Shown: positions 46,407 through 59,706 of the stretch, piece after piece
Numbering within the stretch: the first letter of the stretch is position 1
Layout of the letters: each line of letters opens with the position of its first letter
Source: Marsupella aquatica
Lineage: Eukaryota > Plantae > Marchantiophyta
Length of the DNA stretch: 64,000 nt
NCBI GenBank assembly: GCA_973895155.1
Contig: OZ316895.1
Location: forward strand, 3,025,659 to 3,089,658
Direction of reading: 5' to 3'
The notes under the pieces: generated by a model
Database searches by the model: none
What the model was told of the DNA's origin: nothing
Seen by the model: only the letters and a program-made list of their open reading frames with translations
Made by a program: the position numbers and the translations under genes

Positions 46407-48773
46407 TTGTATCTATGAACTTGGATGAACAATTACACTGGGCATCACATCCCTCTCGGGGCGACCTTAATGATCAGCACATAAGTTGAGAGTGTTCTAG
46501 GTGCTGGGTCCGTGACCAAATGGGAAATTACGCATATAATCTGTGTGCTCTCTCTATCCGATTGTCTCAATACTGCTTTCACGGTTCTCCCTAAAGAGGT
46601 GGAATAAGAATCTTGGAGTTGAACACAGTTTGGATCGAGAAGACGAGGGTTTAACAAATTGATCTGCAGACCTTTAACTGGTACTTGGAACTGCGGAAGA
46701 ATGCTTCGGCAAGTGTCTTCTACTAACAGCTCCATAGCGATTAAGCTGTTACCGAATATCCTTGTCTCAGGTAGAACGCTACAGGCTACCTTCTACCTGG
46801 GGGGTTGTCCTGGCAAGGGATCACCTAGTCGGGTGTACAATAGATAGATACCAATGCAGACATACTACCTAGAACAAATTGTGCAAGATTGGTCTTCGAC
46901 TCGACTCCAATATATGAGGTTTATACCTTGGGACGAGCCTGCAAAAGAAACAACGAGAAAGTCCTGAGCCCAATATCCCTGTAGGGTATTTTTCGTGTAA
47001 AGAGTTTTATTGTATCACTTTCTACTTGTTATTGTCTTTCTCGTGAACTTTTGGTTCTGGTATTGAATTCCACGACTCTGAATTCTCTTATAGGGGATCG
47101 TGTTATGTGGTTGAAGTGGATTTTTTGTCTTTTCCTTTTTCTTTGAAGGGAAATGAACATTCATTTGTGTGGACTTACCCCTGACTTACCGCACATCAAT
47201 GAACCATTCATCGAAGTGGAATGAAAAGAACATGCATCTCTGAGAGATATAGGCAACGTGCCGACCAACTATTGTTACCTGCGATGCAAAGAATATGATC
47301 TTTGCCATTCCAATCAATTCTCTTCCGTGACTCTTGCCATAGGACATAACTCACTCCAAACGTGTCCGAGCCTATGGAGCTCTCGATCATGCAGACATGT
47401 CCTCAGCTCGGTGCAACTCACAACAGTACCCGCCTCCACAGCAGTCACCCCAGCTGGCCAACCAACCAATCCTACAACAATCTGGCACGCGTCACTCAGT
47501 CCCTCTCCATTGCTCCTTCGATCGTTCCTCTCGTCGTGTGTTTGCCACAAACCTGACAGGAGTATAACCACGCAATATCCTTGCAGGTTTCAAGTTGACT
47601 CTCTCCCTGTTTCCTTCGTCCTGCCTACCCAGTCCCAACCCAGAACTCACGGTAAACGTCTCGGATGCCAGTGAGATACCGAGTGTCATTACCATACTCC
47701 TGACTGATGCGCTCGAGCCGCTGTGTGTGTGTGTCTAACTCTGGATGTGGGTACGTTCCAAATTTACCTGGAACTGGTGTCCCATCACAAATAACTAATA
47801 AAAGCCGGGGCAGCTGCAACGCTAGATGAGGTTGCAAACCTTGCATTGAAGTGGAGAGACTGTAACCGACTTGACGAAAACCATCAACGAGAACAAGGAG
47901 ATGAAGGAAAAAGCCCTCCATGTATGTCCACCAAAGCCTTCCACCCTTGTCTTCTCTGAGACTCCCCTGGGACGATTCCCCAACGCAATGAGCGAGAGTA
48001 ACCAAGCTCTCATGAAACCTCCTTTTCCTCTATTTTCAATTAGTTTCCTGTTCGTAAAGCCTGTGCTGCCGGCTGCTTGAACGTTAACCTCAACCTCCAG
48101 AAGGGCTTTCACGAATCTGTACGGGACAGCCCTCTGCTGCGAAGTTAGGCTTCGATGGGGTCAATGAAATCTTCAGTCATCTTCTTTGCCGTTCCACGAA
48201 CAATGGCATAGTTTTTTATCGCTAGCTGGTAAGAGATTTCAATTCAAGTCGACATGTTGTCTCGCAGGGCGTCGAAGTTCCTTAGTGAAACGCAAAACTG
48301 AGATCGAAGGAGTGCATTTCAGCCCTGTCACAATTATCCCTTCTGATGAACCACCTGACCGAATGTGTCCACCACGTCATGGTCTTCGGTGGATACAATT
48401 TCGTGTTGACGTCCATCGCTGTGACGTGGAATGAACATCGAGATAGTATCTTCACAATGGTTTCGAGTCTTTTCGAGACCGGAAAAGAACAGAAAAAGAC
48501 TTCTTATTAGTGTACCTTTTGTTTTCGTGGGGTACTCCTTGTTTTGCAGGGCCTCTTTCGTTCTCTCCGGGTCTTTCCTTTTTACTCTGTTTAGTGGGTC
48601 GTTTTGCCATGGGGTTCATGTCTCCCCGTTAGGCCCGGTTTGGCGTTGTCAAAAAAACCCATTCCCACCTGACTCAAAACCCCTCTACAATTTGCCTTTG
48701 TATCTGGTTTTTCTAAACCAGAGCTGCCCCCCAACCCCCCACCCCACCCCCACCCCAAAGCTGTTATTTTGCA

Positions 48774-49475
48774 TTAAATCTATGCCAAATTAATGCTCCC
48801 CCATTTTCATGGGGCCTGGTACCCTGCCCGTCACAGTCCCCAATGTTGCTGGCCGCTCCGGTCCGAGTTCGCCAAAATATAAACCAAGAATTTACCATTT
48901 TGTCACCCGCTCCGACCCGATCAACCTTGTGCCATCAACTTCTTCCTTGTTGAGGTGTGGTTTATATTTGTGTAACACTTCTTTCCCCCATTCTTTCCAA
49001 TGGAGTCATACTTGCTTTGTCACAGAGTCTAAGTGTTCAAGGGGAGCCTAGTACTTTGGTTAAGACTCATGATTGATAGAGTCTTGGTTTATGTTTGCCC
49101 TATATTTCTTCTCCATGGAGTCGTGGTTCATGTTCTAGCAACACTTGTTTCCAATGGAGTCAAACATGTATGTTTTGTAATAGAGTCTACGTGTGTAGGC
49201 AAAGTCAAGTGCTTTGGATAAGACTCATGATTAATGATAGAGTCTTGGTTTATGTTTATGGTTTATGTTCTGGCAATCTTGGGCCGGAGCAGGCGAGAAC
49301 AAGTGAAAGCTGCCAGAACATAAACCCAGAGTTGATTGAACAGGTGACAAAATGGTAGAGTCTTGGTTTATGTTTTGACAAACTCAGGCCAGAGCGGGCG
49401 ATAGCATCGGGGACTGGGACGGGCTGTGTATAGGGCCCTGGGAAAATGGGGAGCACTAACTTAGCATAGATTTAA
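48774..49475. mobile_element. Foldback/MITE-like element with about 140-bp imperfect inverted ends bounded by TTAA
   Basis: ttaaatctatgccaaattaatgctccccatttt...aaaccaagaatttaccattttgtcacc versus ggtgacaaaatggtagagtcttggttta...aaaatggggagcactaacttagcatagatttaa. Confidence 0.7.
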
Positions 49476-52459
49476 CGTGTGGTCAAAATGTTCATTCCTG
49501 CCTGGGTAAGAGTGGGCATAACTCAAAACTGGTCAACTAAATTGAAATAAAGTCCTTCAATGTAGGGAATTATCCCAATAAAACTCCTCAAGCATTTATT
49601 TGGACATTTCCCTCAAATGAGAATGTCAGTCTCTTGTTGTAGTTTGGGTGTGTACTCATTGTTTATTTGGTTTTAGCTTGGCCCTCTCTGGATTTTTTCT
49701 CCCTTCTTTCTTGTTGTACTTTCTCGGGATTGGATCACAAAAGTTTGACACTAGTACTCCAATGGACACAAAAGCTTTACAGTGTCACTATATAACCAGA
49801 ACCTTACAGTGTCATGATATGGAAATGTAGGAGGTTATGTACAGGTAAACACTTGAGTTGAATGAGAAGGGAGGCCTATCCATGGACAGAACATCAGCAA
49901 GTGTAATCCATTGAAAGCCTTCTTTACTGGTCACTTGTGGAAAAGAAGTGTAAAAGTGGTATGCAAGTAACTTTAAACATTTTGTTAGTGTTCAGCAGGG
50001 TTCCAGGTGTCTATCCTAGCATCATGTCAAACGTTGTGTCCATTCACACACCCTCGTCTACTTTGTTGACACTATTTTAGTACATTTTGGGGTTTTATCA
50101 CAATTGCCACAAATGGAAGTACCCTTAGGAATGATCAGGTTGGGGCAAAAAATAATTAATTCTTGAAAATGTCAGTCCCTAGCGTAAAATTTAGGTAGAG
50201 TTTGTGAAACTTGGAAAATTATTACTATCACACATAGTGTAAGAATATTCTAAGCATTTTGATGTGAAACACTGATGTACCAATGTGAGAAAGTAAATCT
50301 ATATAATAAAGCAGAACCAGATCTAGGATCAGGGCATATGGTTCAAAGTTAAGCTCTAGACTATGATCGGGGCATAGCTTCATTGGGGTTGGAAATAGAA
50401 ACAGGCGCAATGGTATTCATTGTTTACTTATTTGCAAAGCTTGGGCATTCAGGCTAATCTAGATAAATTATTTATGACATTGCACTATATAGTGAATTAT
50501 GTCTAAGTGCATGCCCCCCTAAGAGCTCCAAGCCTGCACTCATCCACCTATGTAATATGTTACAAGGGCACAGGACATCATTTTTGCACTTCTTCACATG
50601 TGCATGGTTGCACTACCCAGAAAGTGCATGGGAAACTGAATTTTCTCATGTGTGTTGGCAGGTCACACACATTGGACTCCTTATTGTGCACGGTTCAGCT
50701 AGATAATTATTAAGTGCATGAAATTACTTTATGTAATTGTCTGCTGCACTTATTAATAAATGCTTCTTATGCAGTAACTTATAAATACATGTTTACACCT
50801 AGATGGGAATGCACTTATAGTTATGTCATGTAGTGCTGTCTTTTAGGGAGGGTCAACCTTCACTTATGCAACCTGCAATTTTTGGTGCATTTCTAAAGGA
50901 AATCTAACATGAAAGCTCAATCAGAAACTACCACCTGCGCCTTTTGTCTAGAGTGAAACCTCTTAGACCGTGACTTTAAAGACATAATCGAAAATGAGAG
51001 TGTTTAGATACAGAATAGAGGTAGGTTGTAAGGGAATAGGGCATAATCGAAAGAAAGGGTGCAGATAGAAAACAAGGATGGGACCAAGATGAATGGAAAT
51101 AGTAATGAATCTTTTTTTGCAATGTCTTTTTCTCCTGTCACCTCTATTTAAGTTCAAGGAACAGGTAATCAGCTCTAGTTGGTTAATGATACTCAAGCCC
51201 AGAGAGGCATGACTTTGTCGTAGCTCACTTGAGTAGAGACTGATAGGTCTTGGGTTTAACCTTTATGGGCTGAATCTTTCCAACTATTTGGTTGACTCTT
51301 CCCTTTCTGTGGGGTTTCACAGATTTCCCTAAAAAATTAAATTAAATAAAATGATATTTGAGCTAAGTTCTGGAAAGAATGACAGCCATTCGCCACATCA
51401 GACACATGGGCTGGCATCATTCACCAGCAAGCACTAGGCAAGATAAGGGCTGTTTGCCTGATGCTCATTACCATGCAATGTACATAGTCGCGAATCATTG
51501 ACACTGAGCTAGGTAAGCGGAGTTTTTCCAAGCATGACCTAGCGGAGCCAAGAAGTTTCCCAAGAATGAGCTAGCAGAGCTGTTCAAGTTACCATTTGCC
51601 ACCTAAATGCACTGTTAAACTCAAACTTACTCTCAAATTGAGACTATGAAGAGGCATTCTATGTTGCGAGCAAACAGGAGATTTTGATAGCGATGAGATT
51701 TTGATAGCAAGACAATAATGGTTCCAAATTTCAGTTTCTTTTTGGTGCCTTTTACATTTTTTGTGTTTTTTTAAAGACTCCAGATTGCTAGTGAGCTCGC
51801 TAGCAAAAAGGGACTCCCCAAAAGGGATGTTACCCACCAGGTAGTTGATAGCGAGGCAATTGCATGTAGAAAAATAGGGGTCATGCAGGAATTTTTTTTG
51901 TTCGCGCGAGAATTTTTTTTTCTGTTTGCTCGCATGTTATAATTACCCTACTATGAGCCAGTTGGCTGCAACCCAAAGGAGATGCCAACTTTCCTTACTC
52001 ATTGGCCAGTACGGAGTAACCTTGGCTAATTTGTTTAATACAAAAAAAAAATTGTTGGTGCTGGGCTACAGTGTAATCTGAAAGGTAAAGGTAATTTAGT
52101 TTATGTGCGAACCTGATCGTGGGTTCGTTACATTACGAGGACCTATCGGTGGCAGAGCTCAAGAGGGAGAAAAGTTGAAGCGACGGGAAATCAGGCGAGG
52201 ACCTGATGACAATCTGCGAGAGTGAGAAGCCCTGGAGCAGTGTAATTAACACCAGGGGATTCTGTACTGTAACGAGCTCAGACACCGCCAGTCGAAGACT
52301 GAAGCTCCGATTCCACACTCTCCAGTCACAGCTCATCAGCGAGCTCGTAGGTTCAGTCTGTCGGCCACCCTGTCCTCTTGATCTGCCGACATGTACATCC
52401 TCGCAGCGATGTAAAAGCAAGCGAAGCCATCCAATAGCTCTGTGACCAAGAATGCCGGG

Positions 52460-55400
52460 ATGGGCTCTTTCGGTCAGGTCCTTCTCCATCGTCGCTCTTA
52501 CTCCACCATCCTCTGCGGGAGCTCGCTATGCTTTCAGCCCGCGAAGGGTGCTCCCTCACGAGCTACGCAGCAGTGTCGAGTAGCGATGGCGAAGGCTGCT
52601 ACTACTTCGTCGGAATCGCCTGTCGCTGCGGCAAAGAGCAGCAGCAGCAGCGGGAACGGCAAGGACGTGGAATCGACCACGCCCAAGCTTCTGAAGGTGC
52701 CCACGGTTTTGACAGTCGCGGGGTCTGATTCTGGCGGGGGTGCGGGAATCCAAGCTGACATCAAGACATGCGCAGCTCTGGGAGTGTACTGCTCGTCGGC
52801 CATCACAGCTGTCACAGCTCAAAACACCGTGGGTGTTGAGGTGGGCTAACTTTTGACTGTGCTGCCGAATTGGAGTGAATGACTGACCGAATACATGAAG
52901 GGGTGAATTCTTGCTTCCGTTGCTTTGACAGTGCTGCCAAATTCCAAGTGAAAGAATGAGTGGATTTGTTTTTGTGAGCTACATTTTTCATAAGTTTCAC
53001 TCTACTTCGAAATTCGACTTATTGAAAGAAATTGGTGAAACAATTTTTATTCGTGTATCTCGACGAAAGAAAATCAAGCGATGGCCAGCGATTCAAGATT
53101 TACAGGCTTGTAGACTCATCAATGGCCTTGGCACTACGTATCGATGCACCGATGGGTCGTCTGTCGCTGGTCCTGTTTGTACTTGAGAACTCCTGTGACT
53201 AAGAGAATGCAGCTCGGTTTATTTGAATTGAAGGTCTGCACGCAAGACCGCCCAGTGCTTCGCACCACGCGAATTACAAATAACGGGCATTCTACTATCC
53301 AATGAAAATTTACATTCATACCGACTTGAATTCTTTCCAATTAAACTCATTTCCGACACTCCTCCCAGGACATGGAGTGACTTCAGAGGAATTTTCACCA
53401 TACTAGGTCTTCACGAATCAGAACGTATTTGTATACCTGGCGTGTTCCCTGTTTTAGCTCGGTTCAAAATTCTGTTTCTCTTTGCTGTTAATGTGTTTCA
53501 CTTATTCGAATTCGTATAATATTAATGATCTTATTTTACGATTTTAGGAAATCACCAAACATAAGCTTTACAGTCACATCTGTGGCAGAGCATTCCGAAA
53601 ATAACTAATTGGCGGATCAGAGGAAGGAATTGTCAATGTTTCATCCTTTCAGCCAATCTGAGAGACACATGCTGGGGATTTTATTTTCCTCCTGAGGTGA
53701 GAACTGGAAGCTCACCTAGGTCAGAAATGAAGGCTCCTGCTTAGGAACAAGCGCAAGGTGAAACTGTCACGGCGTGATTTGAGTTCAGTCCATGTTCAAG
53801 GTCAATGTATCGGAGAGTCAGGTCAGTCAAGCACACAGTGTGGTCAAGGAAGGGACCTTCCGAATCTGGATGTGGTGATTCTTAGTCTACCCATACATCC
53901 TGTCAACTTGAATACTGCACTGAAGCTCACAGTAGCACGTAGCAATGTGAGTCAGAGTCAGGCTACCGTGTTGTCAGGATGGCTGTAACTGTGTTATTGT
54001 TGATAGTATTGGAACTTATGATGTCGGAGCAAACATGCTCGAAGATTCCAACCATGCTCAAATAAACAAAAAAAATTCACTTCGACCGAATGATATATTC
54101 AGAAGCCTTGATGTCAATTGAAATCTGACCCAGTTTCTATGCAGGGCATTCACATAGTTCCACCAGACTTTCTGGAGAAACAGCTTCGCTCTGTGCTGTC
54201 AGACATTGGTGCTGATGTGGTGAGTCCATGCCTTCCAGGCTTTTACTAGGTGTAACTAGTGGATTAGTAAGATTCTAAGTAAAATTTTGAATTGAGTGCT
54301 GTTTTGTTTGGCCATAGACTTCAAAATCCATTGCAATCTCTTTCTGGTGGTGGAGCAGAGATCTACGGTATTTCGCTGTAATCTTCCCCCTCTGATTTTT
54401 TTCAGGTCAAAACGGGCATGCTGCCGACAGCAGATTCCATTTACACTCTCTGTTCGGTTCTCAACTCTTACGCTGTCCGTGGTACTCTTCTGCAGCATTT
54501 CCAACCCTGCGTAACTAGCCTAGTACTAAATACCACTAGCTACGTTGAAATTCTAAGGGGAGGATTCAATTATATGGTCTCACACTTCTTACAGTGTTTG
54601 ATTATTGAGCAACAGGTTGTGACAAAGGACTGTTCGAAGCTCTCAGCAACTTGTCTTGCAGTCGGTATCCAAAGCCTCATATAATCTATTGGGTTGAAAC
54701 ATGTGGGTAGGGCAGCAGTGGTCGTTGATCCAGTGATGGTGTCAACAAGTGGTCATGAGCTTGCTGGAAGACAGATCTTAACTGCACTAGGGTCAGAAAC
54801 CCCCGACTTTCGACCCTAATGTTTAATGGCTGATTCCAACTCATACTGATTTTTCTGATTAGTGACGGAGTTGGATATTTAAGTGATGCTTGTAAACGCT
54901 GGGCACAATACTTGTCAGTGCCAATTACTAGCATTGTGTATCTCCACGCAAAAGTATGAAGAACATACCTACACTGAGAGCTGTTTTGGTACCTTTAAAT
55001 TCTCAAATCTCTTGATTGGTGTCATTGGCACATCTCCCTGTACACACCAGTACAAATAGCTCCTTGTGGTGAACGGTAATCTAATTTGTTGTGTTTCCGT
55101 GGACTTCAGAGAGAAGCTACTACCTCTAGCGGATGTGGTGACCCCGAACTTGCCTGAAGCGTCGATCTTGCTCGGAGGAGCTTCGGTGGCAACCCTTGAA
55201 GAGATGCGCAATGCAGCAGTAGCCATCCATCGCATGGGGCCCCGGTTAGCACAACCCTAAACGTCATACCCAAATTCCGAAATCTGATTGTGTTCTATAC
55301 CCAAAATCAATATTTATGTTAGTGCTCGCATTTTTTTTGTCAATCACTTGAGAAAAGTGGAGGTTTCTGCTCACCTGTCCTGTTACAGGTATGTATTAAT

Positions 55401-57494
55401 AAAGGGAGGACACTTGTTGGGGACGGATGAGATTGTTGACGTTCTTTTTGATGGTACTTAACCTTTATCCAAGTGCTTACTTGTCAACAAAACTTCAAAA
55501 GTTTGGTTGTTTGAGCAGAATTGGGGTGATGACTCGTTTTCTTGCTTAAGGTGCTGCTTAAAATTCTAATCCTTGTCCATGAAGACCTTTACATCAACTA
55601 TCATGAAGTGATTACCCTGCTTGGGGATTTTGTAGATCAGTGAAATTCTCTAGCCCAGTTGTCATGGTAGGACTTGTTCTTGTTTGCATAGCTCTTGATG
55701 TGTTGAGGAAACGGTGAGTATAACCACCATTGCGAGCACAGAAGTTGCTAATGGATTGATCACTAGTTTGCTGTTATGCACAGAAACCAAATTCACCAAT
55801 ACTGATCGTTCTTCTTGGCAGGGTCTGAGTGGTATGAGTACCGTGGACCTCGCATAGACTCACACAACACACATGGCACGGGTTGTACCCTAGCCTCAGC
55901 AATTGCAGCAGAGATTGCCAAAGGACTGGACGTGAGAGACGCTGTTCAGGTAAAGGACTCAAGAAAAGCTTACCATCATAGTGTGTCCAACCAGTTAAGG
56001 TTGAAACTGGGCCTCAACTTTGAATCTGCGGTGCTGACCGTCAAAACTGTAATGATTGCTTTTCTGAAATCGATATCAAGATTTGTGAGATGCATTCCTT
56101 GAACTGCCGAAATTTCCCTTGGTACAGCTTTAACAGAAGAAATATTTTTTCTAGGTGCACTGCTCATAGCTCCTTCAACTAAATCCGCAATCATTCCAAA
56201 GAAATTTGCGGTAAATTGAAAATGAGTATATAGCAATTTTTCTACTCCACAAGACAAAAGTCTTACTACCTTGGAGGGTGACGGTCACATGGGTATAACT
56301 GGCTCTGACATGGATGATGCAGGCAGCTAAGACATATGTAGCGGAGACCCTTCAAAAGAGTGTAAACTTGAAAATAGGGAATGGACGGCAAGGTCCAATA
56401 AACCACCTTCATGCTTTGAACCAATGGGATAGTTCACTTCAACAACATTTTAACCCAGAATCCCTTCTCTTATATGCCGTGACTGACTCCTCCATGAATA
56501 GACGTTGGGGAAGATCCACGTTTGAAGCTGTGCAAGCAGCTATTGAGGGTGGTGCAACCATAGTTCAGATAAGGTACCTCTGTTTAAACGTGCTTTGATG
56601 GATTACTTTCTTCGACTCTTTTGGATCCGTTCACCAGCAACGGATATCTTTTAGCGTGGAACTGACTATCTGCTTTGTGGTTCAACAGAGAGAAGGAGGC
56701 AGAATCAGCAGATTTTCTTGAGGTGAGTACTTGGTTTGTTGAAGTCACAGCTGTCAACAGTGTATGAGTTCATTGTTGCATGTTTAGGATGAAAGTTCCG
56801 GAAGGTCAGCATATTCCAAATGTTTCCAATCTGAGACTAGTTCGCAACAGGAATCAGGATCATATTAATTATTGTCAATTGGTCAGATCATGGTGTCCTG
56901 CATTATCTAATGTATGGTGATCTGCTCAGATGTCTCTTTGCTGTTTCTGCTAGGTTGTCCATGTATCCACATACTGAGACAGCGCATTGCTATCATTTGC
57001 AGGAGGCTGAGGCATCCCTAAAAGTGGCGCGCAATTACGGAGTGCCCCTTCTAATCAACGATCGGGTCGACATTGCGTTGGCCTGTGACGCAGACGGAGT
57101 ACACTTGGGTCAATCAGATCTATCAGTCAGCCGTGCAAGGGCTATTCTAGGTCCTGACAAAATCATTGGAGTATCGTGCAAGACTCCCGAGCAAGCACAG
57201 CTTGCTTGGGAACAAGGAGCAGATTATATAGGATCTGGTGGGGTTTATCCCACGAACACAAAAAAAAACAATAAAACTATTGGAATAGAAGGGTTGCGGA
57301 AGGTGTGTGAAGAGAGTCCACTTCCTGTGGTTGCTATAGGTGGAATCAAAGGAACGAATATACCCGAGGTTATGAGTTCACCACGGCCAAATCAATTGAA
57401 AGGGGTTGCAGTAGTTTCAGGTATCTTTGATCAGTCGGATGTTTTGGACGCCACACAGAAACTTCGAGTTATTTTGTCTACAGCCTTGGCATAA
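52460..57494 (+). CDS. TH1: Bifunctional hydroxymethylpyrimidine-phosphate kinase / thiamine-phosphate synthase (ThiD-ThiE fusion), plastid-targeted, about 10 exons
   Basis: [123 protein letters not shown]. Exons about 52460-52840, 54145-54219, 54406-54481, 54713-54791, 55110-55244, 55389-55453, 55822-55949, 56323-56572, 56689-56722, 57003-57494. Confidence 0.95.
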
Positions 57495-58572
57495 TGTTCT
57501 TATTGGAGAAACGTCAAGCTGAAATTTGGCGTCCATGTTTGGCATGTTACTTGGTTCACTGCCTATTTGGGAATAATGCTTTAGTCTCACCATCGACGTG
57601 TTTTACAGCTAGCGAATGTGAAGCTGGCATATTGGTACCTGTGCACTCCTGAAGGCTCTTTTGTGCATTGTACGGACTTAGACATCGGATCCCTTCGCAT
57701 ATCTCGTACTAAATAGAGCAGCAGAACACATTTTGTTAGGGGATACTCTTTGTGGATGGGGTGATGTTTCACTAAAATGCTCCCTTTTGTGGACAACCAT
57801 CATTACATGCAAGAAATGCGACCAGGAAGGCAAGAGGTGGATGTTTGAAAACATAGTGACATCAGAATCATACTTGACCCAGCTCCAAGACTCACCAATA
57901 GCAATGGAAACTAGTGCAAGGGAACAAGTACTTCAAGTAACGAACATGGGACTATAACAATATTTGATCCCGTTTGAGAACTATTAATCTCATCTATGCA
58001 GTTCTCATCTTGAGGAAACTTCATTCAGGTGGGATAAACAGAAACTACAGAGATTGTAGACAGTTTGCAAACGCCGATGGCTTTTGCAGCAGCTAGGTGC
58101 GCCACCGTCCTTGAATCGGGGTTCTTTAAAATGTGGTCCGGCGGTATAGGCCCATGGAGTAAAAGGAATCTAATCATTTCATAATTGGAAAGTCGAGTTC
58201 AGATCAGACAAATTTGTGGTGGTCATGCCTTTCTACGGCACAGATTGCTTCCACCCATTTCATATTTCATATAGCATTTTGTTGATATAGCTCTGGACTC
58301 CTTCGCGGTTGTTAAGGAGCTGGATTGAGAGGCAATGTTAATCTGGTCTGGAAGGTTCAAATGACCAATCTCACAGAATCTCTATTTTCTAGTTAAATTC
58401 TGTAGGACTGGTCTAACGAACTCAATCTATGTTGTCTAGTGATGAAGTGCTGTCATGGTTCACCGAACTCTAGCACTATTGGCGGTCTCTGCAAAATTGT
58501 GAGAAACAGGATGCGAAGGACAGGAACATTTTGTACACACACCAATTTAAGAAGGGACAAACTTAGATCTCA

Positions 58573-59706
58573 CTACTTCATTTCTGGAATTATCTTCCTC
58601 TCGACATATCTGTCAAGGTGTTTGACGACGCCCTTCAACGTATTCCGGAACTTCAAAAACCCAAACTCCTTGCCCTTGTTGGAGCTCATGATGGAGTTGT
58701 AGCCATAATTGGCTAAGAAGATCTCAGCGAACCACCAGTGCCCCAATTCAGGTAATTTCGTTGGATGCAAGGAGTACTTCTTCACCAGCTCCTGCCACAC
58801 AGAACCCTTGTCTTTCATCAGCTGCTGAAGAGCGAAGGGTGGAATCTTGGGTCCCTCGGCTTTCATTCCCAGCCTCTCAGCAATAATCCCCCACACACGC
58901 TTCCACTTGAAAACATCTCCATTCATACAGTTGAAGGCCTGGTTTTTCGCTCTGGGATCTGTGGCCGCCCAGATGTGTTGCTCGGCTATCAACTCTGCAT
59001 CAGACGCATCACAAAGCGAATCCCAGGATGACCTCGGTCCAGGGAAGATCAGCGGCAGCCCTAACTCTTTGCAAAGGCAGCCGTAAACACTTAGAGTTGA
59101 CAACATGTTCATCTTGTTGCCTGTGGTGAAGCCGAATATCACGCCCGGGCGATGGACCGACCATGTGAGCTCCTCTCCCTGCCGACGCTTCTGCTCCACA
59201 GTTCGAAACAGTATGTCCTCCAAAGTGTAGAAGAAATTGTCCCCGGGTAGACGAGGCATGTCCTCCGTGAAGGGAGAATCCGGAAACTCAACTCTGTCAT
59301 TCATTAGCGCCCACTGGTCAAAGCTGCCCACATAGTGCTTCCCTCCCGTTTGGAGCGAGACGTGCTGAAGGCTCTTCGCGTTGGGCAGAAGAGCATCCAA
59401 CAAGTTCTGAAACATCCTCCCATTTCCTTCACAGTTCTCTCCCTCGGACATTAGATCCATCCAAGTCACCCAGAAGACATGGGTCACATCCGTCAATGGT
59501 GCCACCTTTGCAAGAGTCTCCTCCCTCTCTGACAGATCGCAACGGATATAGACATCTGGACTGTGCCACTCAGGTTTGGGCCGTCGTGCTATTCCGTAAA
59601 CCTTCCATGGGCCCCCAGCTGTGTCTGGCTTGGCTAAGGCTTCCACCAACGCCTCTCCTGTGATTCCTGTCGACCCAACAACCAACGCTACATTTCCGCT
59701 CGCCAT
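58573..59706 (-). CDS. PRISE family (progesterone 5-beta-reductase / iridoid-synthase-like, VEP1-like) SDR reductase, intronless, 377 aa
   Basis: VALVVGSTGITG, GPWKVYGIARR, DVTHVFWVTW, QTGGKHY, NFFYTLED, WSVHRP, DAELIAEQHIWAA, NQAFNCMNGDVFKWK. Confidence 0.92.
   Translation of the reverse strand: MASGNVALVVGSTGITGEALVEALAKPDTAGGPWKVYGIARRPKPEWHSPDVYIRCDLSEREETLAKVAPLTDVTHVFWVTWMDLMSEGENCEGNGRMFQNLLDALLPNAKSLQHVSLQTGGKHYVGSFDQWALMNDRVEFPDSPFTEDMPRLPGDNFFYTLEDILFRTVEQKRRQGEELTWSVHRPGVIFGFTTGNKMNMLSTLSVYGCLCKELGLPLIFPGPRSSWDSLCDASDAELIAEQHIWAATDPRAKNQAFNCMNGDVFKWKRVWGIIAERLGMKAEGPKIPPFALQQLMKDKGSVWQELVKKYSLHPTKLPELGHWWFAEIFLANYGYNSIMSSNKGKEFGFLKFRNTLKGVVKHLDRYVERKIIPEMK

Noticed and set aside
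52075-52145. Possible TPP riboswitch upstream of TH1 (gaacctgatc resembles the P4/P5 sequence)
   Set aside because: No CTGAGA motif (only ctgaaa) and no GNNAATNCCNGCGNAGG 3' half; land-plant TPP riboswitches are known mainly from THIC 3' UTRs.
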